From the NCBI GenBank assembly GCA_964016885.1, contig OZ024742.1:94054001-94118000 (forward strand): 64,000 bases of DNA. Direction: 5' to 3'. How positions within the stretch are numbered: position 1 is the stretch's first letter; each line of letters opens with the position of its first letter. This document shows, piece after piece, positions 29,233 through 42,043 of this stretch. Source of the stretch: Eledone cirrhosa (taxonomy: Eukaryota). The notes under the pieces are model-generated. The model did no database searches. It was not told the DNA's origin and saw only the letters and a program-made list of their open reading frames with translations. A program made the position numbers and the translations under genes.

Positions 29233-29257
29233 TGTTTTTTCTATAATTATATATTTA

Positions 29258-29409
29258 TATATTAATATAGAAAAGCTTCTACAGGACTAGAACTGTTTCA
29301 TTCGTGAGAAATCCCCCGATTGAACCCGGAATAACTTATATATATATATATAAGTTATTCCGGGTTCAATCGGGGGATTTCTCACGAATGAAACAGTTCT
29401 AGTCCTGTA
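29258..29409. repeat. Family G palindrome around (TA)n; further copy 30271-30350
   Basis: AAGTTATTCCGGGTTCAATCGGGGGATTTCTCACGAATGAAACAGTTCTAGTCCTGTA in both orientations. Confidence 0.85.
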
Positions 29410-29426
29410 TATATATATATATATAT

Positions 29427-29617
29427 AACGAAGGAAATGTGGTAAGGAACCAGGTGGACCATAACGCACCAAAGTACTTAATACTTAGGGTAGTAGAGTG
29501 GGTAATAGGAACGAGTAGGACACCGACGGCTGAGCTCAAGCCGTTTCGACGGCTAATTCTGGACTCAGAATTAGCCGTCGAAACGGCTTGAGCTCAGCCG
29601 TCGGGGTCCTACTCGTT

Positions 29618-29622
<5 letters not shown>
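29427..29622 (-). repeat. Family K fold-back palindrome (57-bp arms, 4-nt loop) plus tail
   Basis: Arms 29505-29561 and 29566-29622; GAA ACGGC-TTGAGCTCA-GCCGT C is an HHR 3' half with a GUC site. Confidence 0.8.
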
Positions 29623-29665
<43 letters not shown>

Positions 29666-29668
<3 letters not shown>

Positions 29669-30239
29669 TTAAGGATACTATTTATGGTTATATAATAAAA
29701 CCTTTTATGGTTATATATTTTTTATATAAACCCCAAATAGTGAAAGATAGTCATTCATTACTATCTTATTACCGGTAAGATAAATAGCTCAATGTAATAA
29801 CATCGGTTGTTTTACAGAGCAGTTATATAGAGATTACAATAATCAAAGTTCAGTTTAAATCATTTATTTGCTTACAATTGTTTCGGAGCAACTATTTAGT
29901 GATCTATAACATACTTGACCTCCTTTTCAACAAAAGAGACATATAAAAACATATGCATATATTGACCCACAGTGGGATAACATCCATCATAATGATATAG
30001 CATGGCAATTTACATATAAAGGTTAAAGGATAACCTTTATATGTAAATTGCCATGCTATGATGGATGTCATCCCACTGTGGGTCAATATATGCATATGTT
30101 TTTATATGTCTCTTGTGTTGAACAGGAGGTCAAGTATGTTATAGATCACTAAATAGTTGCTCCGAAGAATCCAAACCTCGGTTTGAAGGAAACAATTGTA
30201 AGCAAATAAATGATTTAAACTGAACTTTGATTATTGTAA

Positions 30240-30244
<5 letters not shown>
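29666..30244. repeat. Family F palindrome (~200-bp arms) with HHR at 30157-30205 (+)
   Basis: Arms 29829-30025 and 30031-30244; TTGCT CCGAAGA..CAAACC-TC-GGTTTG..GAAA CAATTG TA AGCAA. Confidence 0.85.
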
Positions 30245-30271
<27 letters not shown>

Positions 30272-31369
30272 AGTTATTTCGGGTTCAATCGGGGGATTTC
30301 TCACGATTGAAACAGTTCTAGTCCTGTAGAAGCTTTTCTATATTAATATATATATATACAGACTGTATCAGAAACAGCCTTCTGATTTGAAATGGCTATA
30401 TTTTTTAAACAAATGAACATATAATCATGCGGTAACATTTACAATACATCACTGAAAAAAAAGAATTATTTACGTTTTAGAAATGCTCAATATGCCCACT
30501 GACAGAAATGTACAGGATCGTTAAACTCGTCCCATAGTGGAGTGAGTATTCCTGATGATTCTATTTCATACACCCTGTATATACATATACATACTACCCA
30601 TATTTGTGTTGCTTTCTATTGTAACAATATTCCTGTCCCATATCATTACGTAGCTTTTGCTTCTTCTTGTTTTGTATTATTTTGTTTTTTTGTTTTTGTA
30701 TTTTTGTGCAACGTCCGTTATGTTTTCATCCCGAATATTTATTCATGGATAACTTCATGGATTCTATTGTTCACTGGTGGTGTACAGCCCTATCTTATAA
30801 AGCACCCGAATACAAGATCCCCAGAAAGCTAGCTGATAAGTAGGAATTGTCCATATACTTTTCTTTTCGGCATTTTTTGTTTCCTCTATTTCTCCCATAT
30901 ATTTTGTATTGATATTATCTTTGTAACTACAGAACCTATTTAAAAGAAATCAAACTATTGTTTACTACTGTTGTGAAAATCTCTCTCTCTCGCTCGCTCT
31001 CTATATATCTATCTATCTATCTCCTTCTCTCTCTCCCCCCTCTCTTTCACTCTCTCACTCTCCTTCTTTCCGTCTATTTATCTATCTCTTTTTTTCCCTC
31101 TATATCCATATGCCTATTTTTTCTATCTTTCCTTCAGTTCTTAATACCGATCTACCACCCAAGCCTTTGTCTAATTCTTTTGTGATTTGACTGCTGATCT
31201 GGTCTGTCAATTTTGCTATGTGTCTCTTCTATAAATATCAGTTCTAGGACTATTACTCAAACTAGCTTCTGTTAATTCAATTCATTCCATCACTTCTACT
31301 ACTATTACCTACCTATATTTCTGTTGATTTCGATTGTAGCAATGTTTCTGTCCCATGTAAGTATGAAGC

Positions 31370-33365
31370 TAACGGAAATGACGGGCTACGGGAGTATCCA
31401 TATCGAGTGGTACGTCCCTCAAATGTTCAGCAAAACGGTCCGCCAAACGGCGTCCCGTTTTTCTGATGTATAAAGACCCGCAAAGGGAACACAGGAGGGC
31501 AGAGACAACGTGAGTGGAGGTGCAGGTGAATGAGTGGCATATACGGAATGAACCGCTGGTTCCTGTGAGAGTGGTGAGGTTGTTAATGAAAGGACAGGTG
31601 TTACAGCGGGGTCAAGGACAAGGATTAGAGCCGGGTGGAGTCGTAAGAGAGGACGAGAAGGAACTGCGTATCGCGGAGATAGCGGGCGCACTTAAAAGAG
31701 GTGATAGGTGGGTTAAAAAAGCGAGAAGTGACGGGTCAGAAGAGAGGGTGCGGAAGGGGCGGAGAATATGTCACCGGAGAGGAAGGGGATGGGATAAGAT
31801 GGTAGGGAAAGGATGGTGGGTGTTGGCAGGGTACTGGTGGGATGAGAGTGCTGTGGTTTCATGGGTATGGGTGAGAGCAGCTTGGATCAGGGTGGGGGAT
31901 ATACACGCAGGATGAAGCGGGATGCCATGTGAAGGGAATAGGTTTCGAAATCGTGGTCCTGGCTACAGAGCCGACGAAGACGGAGGAATTGGGAATAGGG
32001 TATGGAGAGTTTGGTGTGGGTTGGATGGGAGGGGGTGAAGTCGAGGTAAGTTTGGGAGTCAGTAGGTTTATAGAAGAAAGAAGTAGAGTGGGTGCGGTGA
32101 GTGTGATCGATAGAGAGATATCAAGAAAGAGGACATAAGAATTGGAGACGGAGGTGGTGAAGGTGAGAGCGGGATAAAAAGATTGAACAAAATATAGAAA
32201 GCAGTCGAGCTGTTCACGTGAGAGAGAGGTGGTGCCGATACAGTCGTCGATGTAATGACCATATAGCTCAGGAGTAGGTCCAGCGTATCTGGGAGAATAT
32301 TTGTAACCAACAAACAAGTTTGCATAGTTCGGACCCATTCTGGTTCCCATCGCTATCCCAGAGACCTGATGGTAGAACTCACCAGAAAAGGAAAACCTAT
32401 CGAGGGTCAAAACAAGCTCAGCCAGATGGAGAAGAATGGTAGTGCTGGGGTAAGTGCTAGGGCATAAGTCTAAAAGGTGTCGGAGAGCGTGGAGGCCGTC
32501 ATCATGAGGGATAGTGGTATAGGAAGAGGTGATGTCCAGTGTGAAGAGTAGGTGAGAAGGGCCAGGAGCGTAGAAAAGGAGTTAAAGAGTGATAGGGCAT
32601 GATAATTGTAGTGGATGTGGGAGGGGAGGTTGACGAATAACAGGGTGAGGAGGGTATCTAATTATTCTGAGATGATTTCGGTGGGGCAGTAGCATGCGGA
32701 TACGATGGATGGCCGGGAGTATTTGATCTGTGTATTTGGGGAAGAAGGTACATGGTGGGTATGTGAAGGGTACATACTATAAGGTTGGTGACAGTGGAGA
32801 GTAGGAGAGAGGAGGATATGAGCTGGTGAATGTTGGAGAACATGAGCTCCTGGTAGCCAGGAGTGGGGTCGGAGGATAAAGGGTGGTAAAATATGGTATC
32901 ATGAAGTTGGTGGAGTGTCTCAACTTTGTAGAGGTCTACGCTCCATACCACCACAGCAGCACCTTTGTCAGCGGGTTTGATGACAATGTCATCGCGACGC
33001 CGTAGGTTGCAAAGAGCAGAGAGTTCGACCCGAGTAATGCTAGAGCGACGAGAACGCTGGTGGAAACTGAACCGGTTCACAATATGTCGGTAAGTATCCA
33101 TAAAGGAGTCGAGTGTGCGGAAGTGGCTAGAGCTGGGCGTCCAGTGTGATTGCTGGCGACTGAGACGTGTGAAATCATCCGTCTTTAACGTGTCATGGAA
33201 AAAAAGTTTTAAGTTTTAGTCGACAGATGAATTGGATTAGGGATCGGGCGAGTAAGGGGTGGCAAGTGGAGGAGAGATGGAGGTAGGCCTTGGGGTGATC
33301 TTGGTCGAGAAAACGGATTTGGGCGAGAGCAGATTGGATAGTCGCCCTCATGAGCTGGCAAGAGA
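31370..33365 (-). pseudogene. Second PLE RT/GIY-YIG pseudogene
   Basis: IVIKPADKGAAVVVW, TLDITSSYTTIPH, QVSGIAMGTRMGPNYANLFVG, YIDDCIG, FLDISL, TGRRLADRFAEHLR. Confidence 0.9.
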
Positions 33366-33384
33366 AGCAGGTAATGATGAACAT

Positions 33385-33418
<34 letters not shown>

Positions 33419-33470
33419 GTATATACGTATATTTATATACATATATATACACACGGACACACATATACAT

Positions 33471-33504
<34 letters not shown>

Positions 33505-33558
33505 GTATATACGTATATTTATATACATATATATACACATGGACACATATACACACAT

Positions 33559-33592
<34 letters not shown>

Positions 33593-33724
33593 GTATATAC
33601 GTATATTTATATACATATATATACACACTGACATACATATACATACACACACACACACACACATATATATATGTATATACGTATATTTATATACACAAAT
33701 ATACACACAGACACACATATGCAT

Positions 33725-33758
<34 letters not shown>

Positions 33759-34644
33759 TTATATATAGTGTAACCAGATACAATTTAAAATTTACTCTGT
33801 TCTAAATTATTCAGTTCTCTCCATCTGTTAGGTGATAATTTGCTCCAAGGAACACCGAAGATAGTCAGAATGGAGGGCGTGTAATTGTGTAATGTGATGA
33901 GATTAGACGAAAGAGATAAACAATTTGAGAAAAATAACCCAGGAAGAAGAATATAGAGTAAATTTACAGCATTAATCAGAGTTACACGATGTTATATTAA
34001 CTAAATAGTCTTCTTTAACAGTTATAAATACAATATATATCCTCTTCACTTCATATAAATCATCACTGGTAAAGAAAATTGTCATTATTGATGCCAGAGT
34101 AATATTTACAATTTCTATTGTATAGGAATAAAAATAGGAAAGAATAAACTGAAAAACAGATTACTTAGAACATTTATTTTGTTTTTCTTTTATTCATGTT
34201 TAAACATACATACACATACACACACATATATACATACATACATACATATATACATGATGATGGCTGCCCCCTCGTTATCGAGTATGGCCATCCATGTATA
34301 CATACATATATATATATATCATAAAGAATCAGGATCCCGACGACCGAGCTCTTTATATTATAAACATACTCTACTACCACAAATAGTGAGTACTCCGTTG
34401 TGTAATGGTCTAACCAGTTTCAAACTGAATCGATCCGAATATATATAGATATATGTGTGTGTATTTTTATCTGTATTTTTGACCGTTGGTCAGTCAATGA
34501 TAACCATTAAGGACCAAATGAATTAACTGTGAACATATAAAAGATACAGAAGCGAAAACCAACCAAACAGTGAGTGTGTTCTGTTATTATTTCTGGCAAT
34601 ATTATTACAACAATATGACCCTCCCCAAGTATAACAATATATAT

Positions 34645-34850
34645 ACATTTAATATAGAAATGGCTTCTAAAGGACTAGAACTGTTTCATTTGGGAGAAAT
34701 TATCAGGAAGCCGACTGTCCAAATAGTATGGTGGTATATATACCTTTTATGGTGGTAGGAGAGGGGGTGATTGTGATGGGTGGAGGTGATTGGTTGATGG
34801 ATTTTACTTACTGTAGCTACCCCCGATTGAACCCGGGATAAACCTATGTA
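34645..34850 (-). mobile_element. Longer family G member with near-complete HHR (34662-34712)
   Basis: GGCTTC CTGATAA TTTCTCCCAAAT GAAA CAG-TTCTAGTC-CTT TA GAAGCC; shares the GGGTTCAATCGGGGG start with 29362 and 30280. Confidence 0.65.
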
Positions 34851-35399
34851 TATATATAGAGAGATTTAGTCGGCCTGCCCGCCCAGCCAGTGGGATGGCG
34901 TCATTGTATGGCTAAAACAGCACGTGCTCTGACCAGCGGCGCCGAAAGGCCCCCGACAGACTGGTCGGTCAAGGTGATCAAGGTGATATGTATAGTGATA
35001 AAAGTGTCGACGTTAGAAAACGTTCTATACATATCAGGTTATATAAGGTAAAAGATAATAAGAGAAAACGCACCTTGTATATATAAAAAGAGGGGACTTT
35101 ATAACGTTATAACATGTACAAAATGTTGGTGATTATCATAGCTTGCTTTCTCAGTTTTAAGATTTTCAAAACATTTCTTTTTAAGATTAATTGTCCTTTC
35201 GTTCAGACTCCTGCATATGTAGGATCCTGTTGTAAACCAGAAGATGGCCACAGTCAAAAAGATACTCAACACGTTAGTAGAGTATAGGTATATTCATTTT
35301 ATTATCGAAACATTTCAAGTCCCCTAGAAGTATGTTGTATGATAAAATTAATACATACACCCCCCACCCCACCCCACATATATATATATATATATATAT

Positions 35400-35767
35400 A
35401 TTGGTAAACGGAATAGAAAATGCTGACAAATTGTTCACAGTTGAAAAATGGTTTAATTAGGAATAAAAGAGTATTAGTGATTGTATGGGTTAGTATTCAG
35501 TTGTGGTTTTAAGTTTTTAAGTTTTTACCGGTTGCGCATTTCTAAATGCTTTTCAAAAATAATTTTGAGATAGAGTGTCCGTGCTGTTTGCTCTGATCTG
35601 ATTAGTTTTGGGAATTCTACCTGTTTTTATGTTAAAAAAATGGCTCCAGCGTTATTTTTGTGTTGTAAAAATGCTTGTGGTCAAAACAATTTTGATTGGT
35701 CGGTAGAGGTCATGTGGATAAAAAATTGGTTTTGCGCCAAGATTGAGAAATGACTCTTTCACAACAG

Positions 35768-35847
<80 letters not shown>

Positions 35848-35967
35848 TAGTAGTAGTAAGGTATTCGATGCTGCGACAATAGCCACACACACACACTTAT
35901 CTTAATAGCCATTTGACACACATCGCTGGTGGCTATTGTCGCAGCATCGAATACCTTACTACTACTA

Positions 35968-36043
<76 letters not shown>

Positions 36044-36445
36044 CTGTTGTGAAAGAGTCATTTCTCAATCTTGGCGCAAAACCAATTTTTTATCCACATG
36101 ACCTCTACCGACCAATCAAAATTGTTTTGACCACAAGCATTTTTACAACACAAAAATAACGCTGGAGCCATTTTTTTAACATAAAAACAGGTAGAATTCC
36201 CAAAACTAATCAGATCAGAGCAAACAGCACGGACACTCTATCTCAAAATTATTTTTGAAAAGCATTTAGAAATGCGCAACCGGTAAAAACTTAAAAACTT
36301 AAAACCACAACTGAATACTAACCCATACAATCACTAATACTCTTTTATTCCTAATTAAACCATTTTTCAACTGTGAACAATTTGTCAGCATTTTCTATTC
36401 CGTTTACCAATATATAATAACTTGTGTGTTACACCTCTATTCTTT

Positions 36446-36450
<5 letters not shown>
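35400..36450 (+). repeat. Large near-perfect palindrome (~490-bp arms) with degenerate HHR (36251-36290) and tail; partial third copy 37889-37993
   Basis: Arms 35400-35886 and 35920-36412; TTTT TGAAAA GCATTT-AG-AAATGC GCAA CCGG TA AAAA. Confidence 0.9.
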
Positions 36451-36484
<34 letters not shown>

Positions 36485-36513
36485 GCACATATATAATATA
36501 TATATATATATTA

Positions 36514-36752
36514 TATTTATTAAAATAACAGATTAAAGTTTAAGCAAAGAATCGCTGCTTTCACCCTTAACGGGATCTTCTGAAACTTGTTAGTTTTAGA
36601 AGATCCCGTTAAGGGTGAAAGCAACGATTCTTTGCTTAAACTTCAATCTGTTATTTTAATAAATATTTGCTCTACGGTTCTTATATATTTGATATATATT
36701 TATCCTTATCGAGCCCTCTTTGGATTTTAGTCTTCAAATTTATTATTATTAC
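36514..36752 (+). repeat. Small palindrome (~72-bp arms) made of an HHR-like motif, plus tail
   Basis: Left arm, minus strand: AAGTTT CAGAAGA T CCC-GTTAA-GGG T GAA AGCA...TGCT T AAACTT. Confidence 0.75.
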
Positions 36753-37605
36753 TATATATATTATATATATATATATATTATATATGTGTATGTGTGTGTG
36801 AATATTTTCCATGTCTTCCATGTCTTTCTCATTCATTATATTTTAGCATAGTTTCTATGGCTGGATCCCCTTTCAATTGCCAACCATTTTACACCATATA
36901 TTGGAGTCATTTTATTGCACTACCATCTTATAGGGTGAACCGAGTGCTTTTTATTGTGGTCTCACAATTATCAATTTAGAAAACTAGGGCACTCGATGTG
37001 TCCTTAGTCAGGCTGTAAAAGGCAGATGGGAGAAGAGTATTGGGGAGCAATATATTGCTTGCTGAAGGTGAATGTGATGCCACTGTGGTAGAGGGAGGGT
37101 AAGCATTGGTCTTGGAAGTGACCTTGACGTGAATCGATGTCGTGTGGCAATACATTGTAGAAGTGTGCGCGTATCTTCATGCTGGTATGTGTTGAGTGAG
37201 CAAAGGGAATCAGGGATATGAGTGAAAGGCATTGATTTAGAGGTCTTGAAAAGAATGAGCAACATCTAGCAAATAAATGTGGGGTACGTCTACTTTTTCA
37301 TGTTGGCATGGCTTGGACAAGGAATGGGGATTCAATGATATTAGAGTGGGACCTCAATTTTATTACAACTCTCTGCTTCTTCATTACTATATTCTCTATG
37401 CACATTTTATCCTGCTCACAAGTCTTCTGTATCATAGCAAATTGCCACACAATTTAATCATGTGTAATCTCTTTTGTTGGGTTCGTTTTCACTGCATCAT
37501 CTGAAATTTTCTTAGGTCTCTTCCACAAGATCCATCGACTGAATTGAAACGGCTGGGCTCACCATTGGGATTCAAGCGCTATATATATATATATATATAT
37601 ATATA

Positions 37606-37857
37606 TAACGAAGGAAGTGTGGAATAGCCGACCAGGAGGTGTAACTGCCCTGATAGATCTACGTGCCCCCTCAACAACAGATGCCGAGAGCGTAACGCGA
37701 TCTACCAATGCAACGTAAGGACGGAAAACTCCAACAAAGCCTATATAGGATTAATCGCCTGTGACTTTAAGACCCGGCTCTATCAACACCGACACACGTT
37801 CAGAAACCCGGCCCGGCGACATGCCACTACACATTCGGGCCACACCTGGGACCTCCA

Positions 37858-37860
<3 letters not shown>
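37606..37860 (+). pseudogene. PLE Cys-linker/GIY-YIG fragment between (TA)n tracts (absent from ORF track)
   Basis: RCNCPDRSTCPLNNRCRERNAIYQCNV..KAYIGLIACDFKTRLYQHRHTF..HTWDL, open frame from 37634. Confidence 0.85.
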
Positions 37861-37892
<32 letters not shown>

Positions 37893-38007
37893 TAAACGGA
37901 ATAGAAAATGCTGACAAATTGTTCACAGTTGAAAAATGGTTTAATTAGGAATAAAAGAGTATTAGTGATTGTATGGGTTAGTATTCAGTTGTGTATATAT
38001 ATATATA

Positions 38008-38042
<35 letters not shown>

Positions 38043-38051
38043 ATGCACATG

Positions 38052-38101
<50 letters not shown>

Positions 38102-38124
38102 TGTATACATATACACACACACAT

Positions 38125-38206
<82 letters not shown>

Positions 38207-38893
38207 GCAACTTTATGATTTCTATTATTGATAATACTGTAATATCTGACAAGCTAAACACCTGAAGGTAACAGTAATTGCTAATAGATGAGACTAGACA
38301 TTGAACCATGCACAATGCCAATGATAAACGAAAAGATAAAACACTATTAGGAACAACTAAAGACATTCCGGAACACGAATAATTTTTCCTTACATTCTTT
38401 TAATTGAATTTATTTTTTACTAATATTGATTTTGTATATGTATGTATAAGGTTTTGTTAGTGTGTCTATTCGTTGTTTGTTTTTGCCAAGCAGAATCCTA
38501 AGAATTATAAAATGATCAAAGATGATAGAAATGATTGATATATTTTCAAGAGATGGCAGAAGAAAAAAAACATTGATATGAAAAGTGTGTGTGTGTGTGT
38601 GTGTGTGTGTATGTAGGGTGGAAAGGAAAATATCTCACAACATCAAACAGATAACATTCCCTTGAAGGTTTGGCATTATTTAATTAATTACCTACACTAT
38701 TTATTTTTGTTGTAGTTGTGTGCTAGAATTGTTGTTGTTGTTATTAATTGATTTATTTCATTTTGATAAAGGCTGGGAAACTTGAAAACTGAAATTCTGA
38801 CGTGTTTCCTAAACAAACTTAGAAGGGCTGTCTAAAAAAATTAGTTATAAATTGTATTATACATACCCACACACACACCCAAACACAATCACA

Positions 38894-38972
<79 letters not shown>

Positions 38973-40585
38973 GTATGTATACATACACATCGTGCATATA
39001 TATGTAAACGTGTATTTATGTGTGTGGTGTGCGCATGTGAGAGAGAGAGAGAGAGAGAGGGGGTAGTTCTATTCAATATGCAACTGTGTTCCATGTTTCA
39101 CTGTTTTTAGTAAATATTTTTATTTTCTTAAAGTTTGCTTAGAATATTAAAACACTGAAATCTATCATCAACGTTTCTAATCCGGCGTAATACCATCTTC
39201 AAGATGAAGTGATAATGACGTTGCCAGTGTCGGTAGAAGGTCAGACGCCATGCTTTGACACATAGAATTACGGCCCTTGCCATTCTGTGTTCAAATCCCG
39301 CCGAGGTTAACTTTGCCTTTCATCCTTACGGGGTCGATAAAATAAAGTACTACTAATGCACTGGGTAATTGCTGGCCTTGTGCCAAAAGTAAAAACAATT
39401 ATTAAATCTTTATAATGGGTCAGACCATTATTATTGATGTAGATCATTCCTCGTCAACCTTGTTGTAATACGTACCCTCTTTTATCACTTTTGTGAAGGT
39501 AATCTTTTCGTACCAATCATTATATTTTAATCAAGACAAAAACTTACATTCCTTACATAAAACATTAAAAGTATCAAATATTTTCATTACCCTGCATAAA
39601 TCAAGCAAAATGAATTGAAGTTGTATTGATTTTCAAACAATTTATTGCGGAAGAGACCTAATTTGTCAACGAACAATGAAATGATATTATTTCAGCTTAT
39701 TAGTGTTCTTCTTGTTCCATCTCCATAAAAAAATCTCGACTGTCTCGTAATGTTTGACAAAACAAGACAAACATTCACCCTTTGATAGCCACCTGTGTCT
39801 AACATCATGTGCAAACGTCGACTTGGTTGGTTGGGACATGTCACAGGACGTATGTATGAACAATTTGATAAACTGTTCATTATCGTCCTGGTATAAATGT
39901 TGAAAATTTTGATAATTTTCTTTGCATTTGCTATTTTGCTTTTAATATTATTATATTTACGGATTAATGAAGGTTTTCGTTCAAGTGTTTTCCTACAAGG
40001 TGTTTTATCTTTGCACTACAAAATGAATGCAAAATCGTTTGGGACCTTCTCGTTAAATACGTTACAAAACATGACAGTGACCTTCCTTTGTTGGTGTTCT
40101 ATGAGTAGCGCATAAAACAATATTGTTCATAGGTATATTACATTTAACAAAATATATTTTCACAGCGGTGGATATTGATGAATATTTTGTGCCTGTAAAT
40201 AGATTACAGAAATATCATTTCTTCTTTCTATACATTGTTCTCTTCAAATTATCGTATATACGCCAGTAATAAAGCATTGTTGTCTGCAATGGCAGACTCA
40301 TTCAAATATAATGAAAATTTCAGTGTTTGGAGGGTAGCAACACATTTTTATTCAACGTTAACCGCCATTTCGTGTGCATCGCTTTTCTGAATTATCATTG
40401 AGGAGAAAAGGGTAAGGTATTTATAGTTCCAGTTGGGTCTTTCATATAAACTATAATTAAACGTTCTCAACTGGTATGACTTTTACTACCTTTTACAATT
40501 AATTGTGATATTTGATAAGCTGCAATTAATTTATCTTAGCTTTTTAAACTTTTGTTTCTAGATGACGAACAAAAAAATACAACAC

Positions 40586-42043
40586 AAAAGAACAAGCGGT
40601 GTTTACTTAGCATGGTCAAGCCAGGAAGTGGTCTAGCCTGGCTCCATAGCATATGGAATTTTGCTTTCAACGTTCTGTTGAAATTGCAAATGGAGACTCA
40701 GGGGTTTTGTTTTCCCGCGTTCAGCTTGTCTTCTTCGATCCCGGCCATCTGATTGGCTGCATCGTGCCACATGACGGCTTCTTCATCACGGACACATTTT
40801 TCGATCGGCCATAATGGAAAATAATTTTTTTTCTTTAGAATATTTTCAAATTTTCTTTAGAATTTTTTTAGAGAAAAAAATTAGCAGAATTTCCAAAACT
40901 TTACGCCACGAGGAGATTTCAAAACGGCTACCACCAAGTAACAGCCATTAGCGGCAACACATGGTTATATTAACCAACACCAGAAAGCGGCTTGTAACTT
41001 TACCGACGCAACCACCATACCTTCTGTCTCGTTACCACAAGGGCTCGAGAAATTAAGACATTAGTTTTCTCACCATTATGGCGTCAGACGTGGCTGCCAT
41101 ATCGGTGACGCTAGGTTCTTCAACGCTCGAATTCGACTCTACAGAAAATTCATTGTGACTTTGCTTTAACAACAATTCTACTAGCTCCCTAGTAGGAGCG
41201 TTCACAAAGAAAAAAGAAGCGAACTTTTTGTTAAAAGAAAAGAAACAATTCTTTCTTTCTTCCTTTTTTTTCAGGCATTTATTTTGGACATTTATTTTTT
41301 TTAAACTGTATTATATGAAAATTCATTTCTCTCTATCATTATATATTGACCGCACGCAAACATTTTCTTTGCTGTATTATATGGAACTGCAACTCACCTA
41401 CAGATTCGACTTGTTTTTTTTTCCTTATCAAAGCAACAAGCCATTTTTTCCTGGCTCCATAGCCCATTCGGCAATACATCTGGGAGGCCATCATTTTCTC
41501 GCCAGCACTGGTAAACTACCATAATAACTTCGTTCACAGCTACTGGTACAACGCTTACCATTAACATTTAATGCAAGAACAGCAACTTCGCCCATGTCAG
41601 ACTTTATCTGTTTTCTGGTAGACCTTTGTCGTCACGTATAAACTACAAAACAGCTAGTCATTTGACAGCAGCTCAACACGGCCCATCGCGCCTATTTTTT
41701 TTTGTTGTTGCATGCATCTTTCTGCTCAATTATTTTTTCATTGATGTGCTCTTTCAGCATTTGTTCTTGCTGAATCAATTATATGTGGGTCCTCGGTTTC
41801 TTCGTTAACGATTTTCGGCTGAAAATCTGCTCGGAGGTAATGTAGTGACCTACATTCCGCGGGCTCACATACATTCTCTGTGCGTAATTTGGCTCAGCTC
41901 AGCCAATCAGCGCCAGTAGAAGAGGATGTATCCCTACGCGTTCTGAGGGAGAAATAGCCCGCAAAGATTTGAGGACGCCACCACTTCCAGGCTAGACCAC
42001 TTCCAGGCTTGACCATGCTAAGTAAACACCGCTTGTTCTTTTT
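40586..42043. mobile_element. Unclassified ~1.45-kb element with ~55-bp terminal inverted repeats
   Basis: AAAAGAACAAGCGGTGTTTACTTAGCATGGTCAAGCC.GGAAGTGGTCTAGCCTGG mirrored at 41987-42043. Confidence 0.7.

Noticed and set aside
36990-37290. Possible RTE C-terminal remnant (also RRLGWLGHV near 39815)
   Set aside because: Only short degenerate motifs; boundaries cannot be supported
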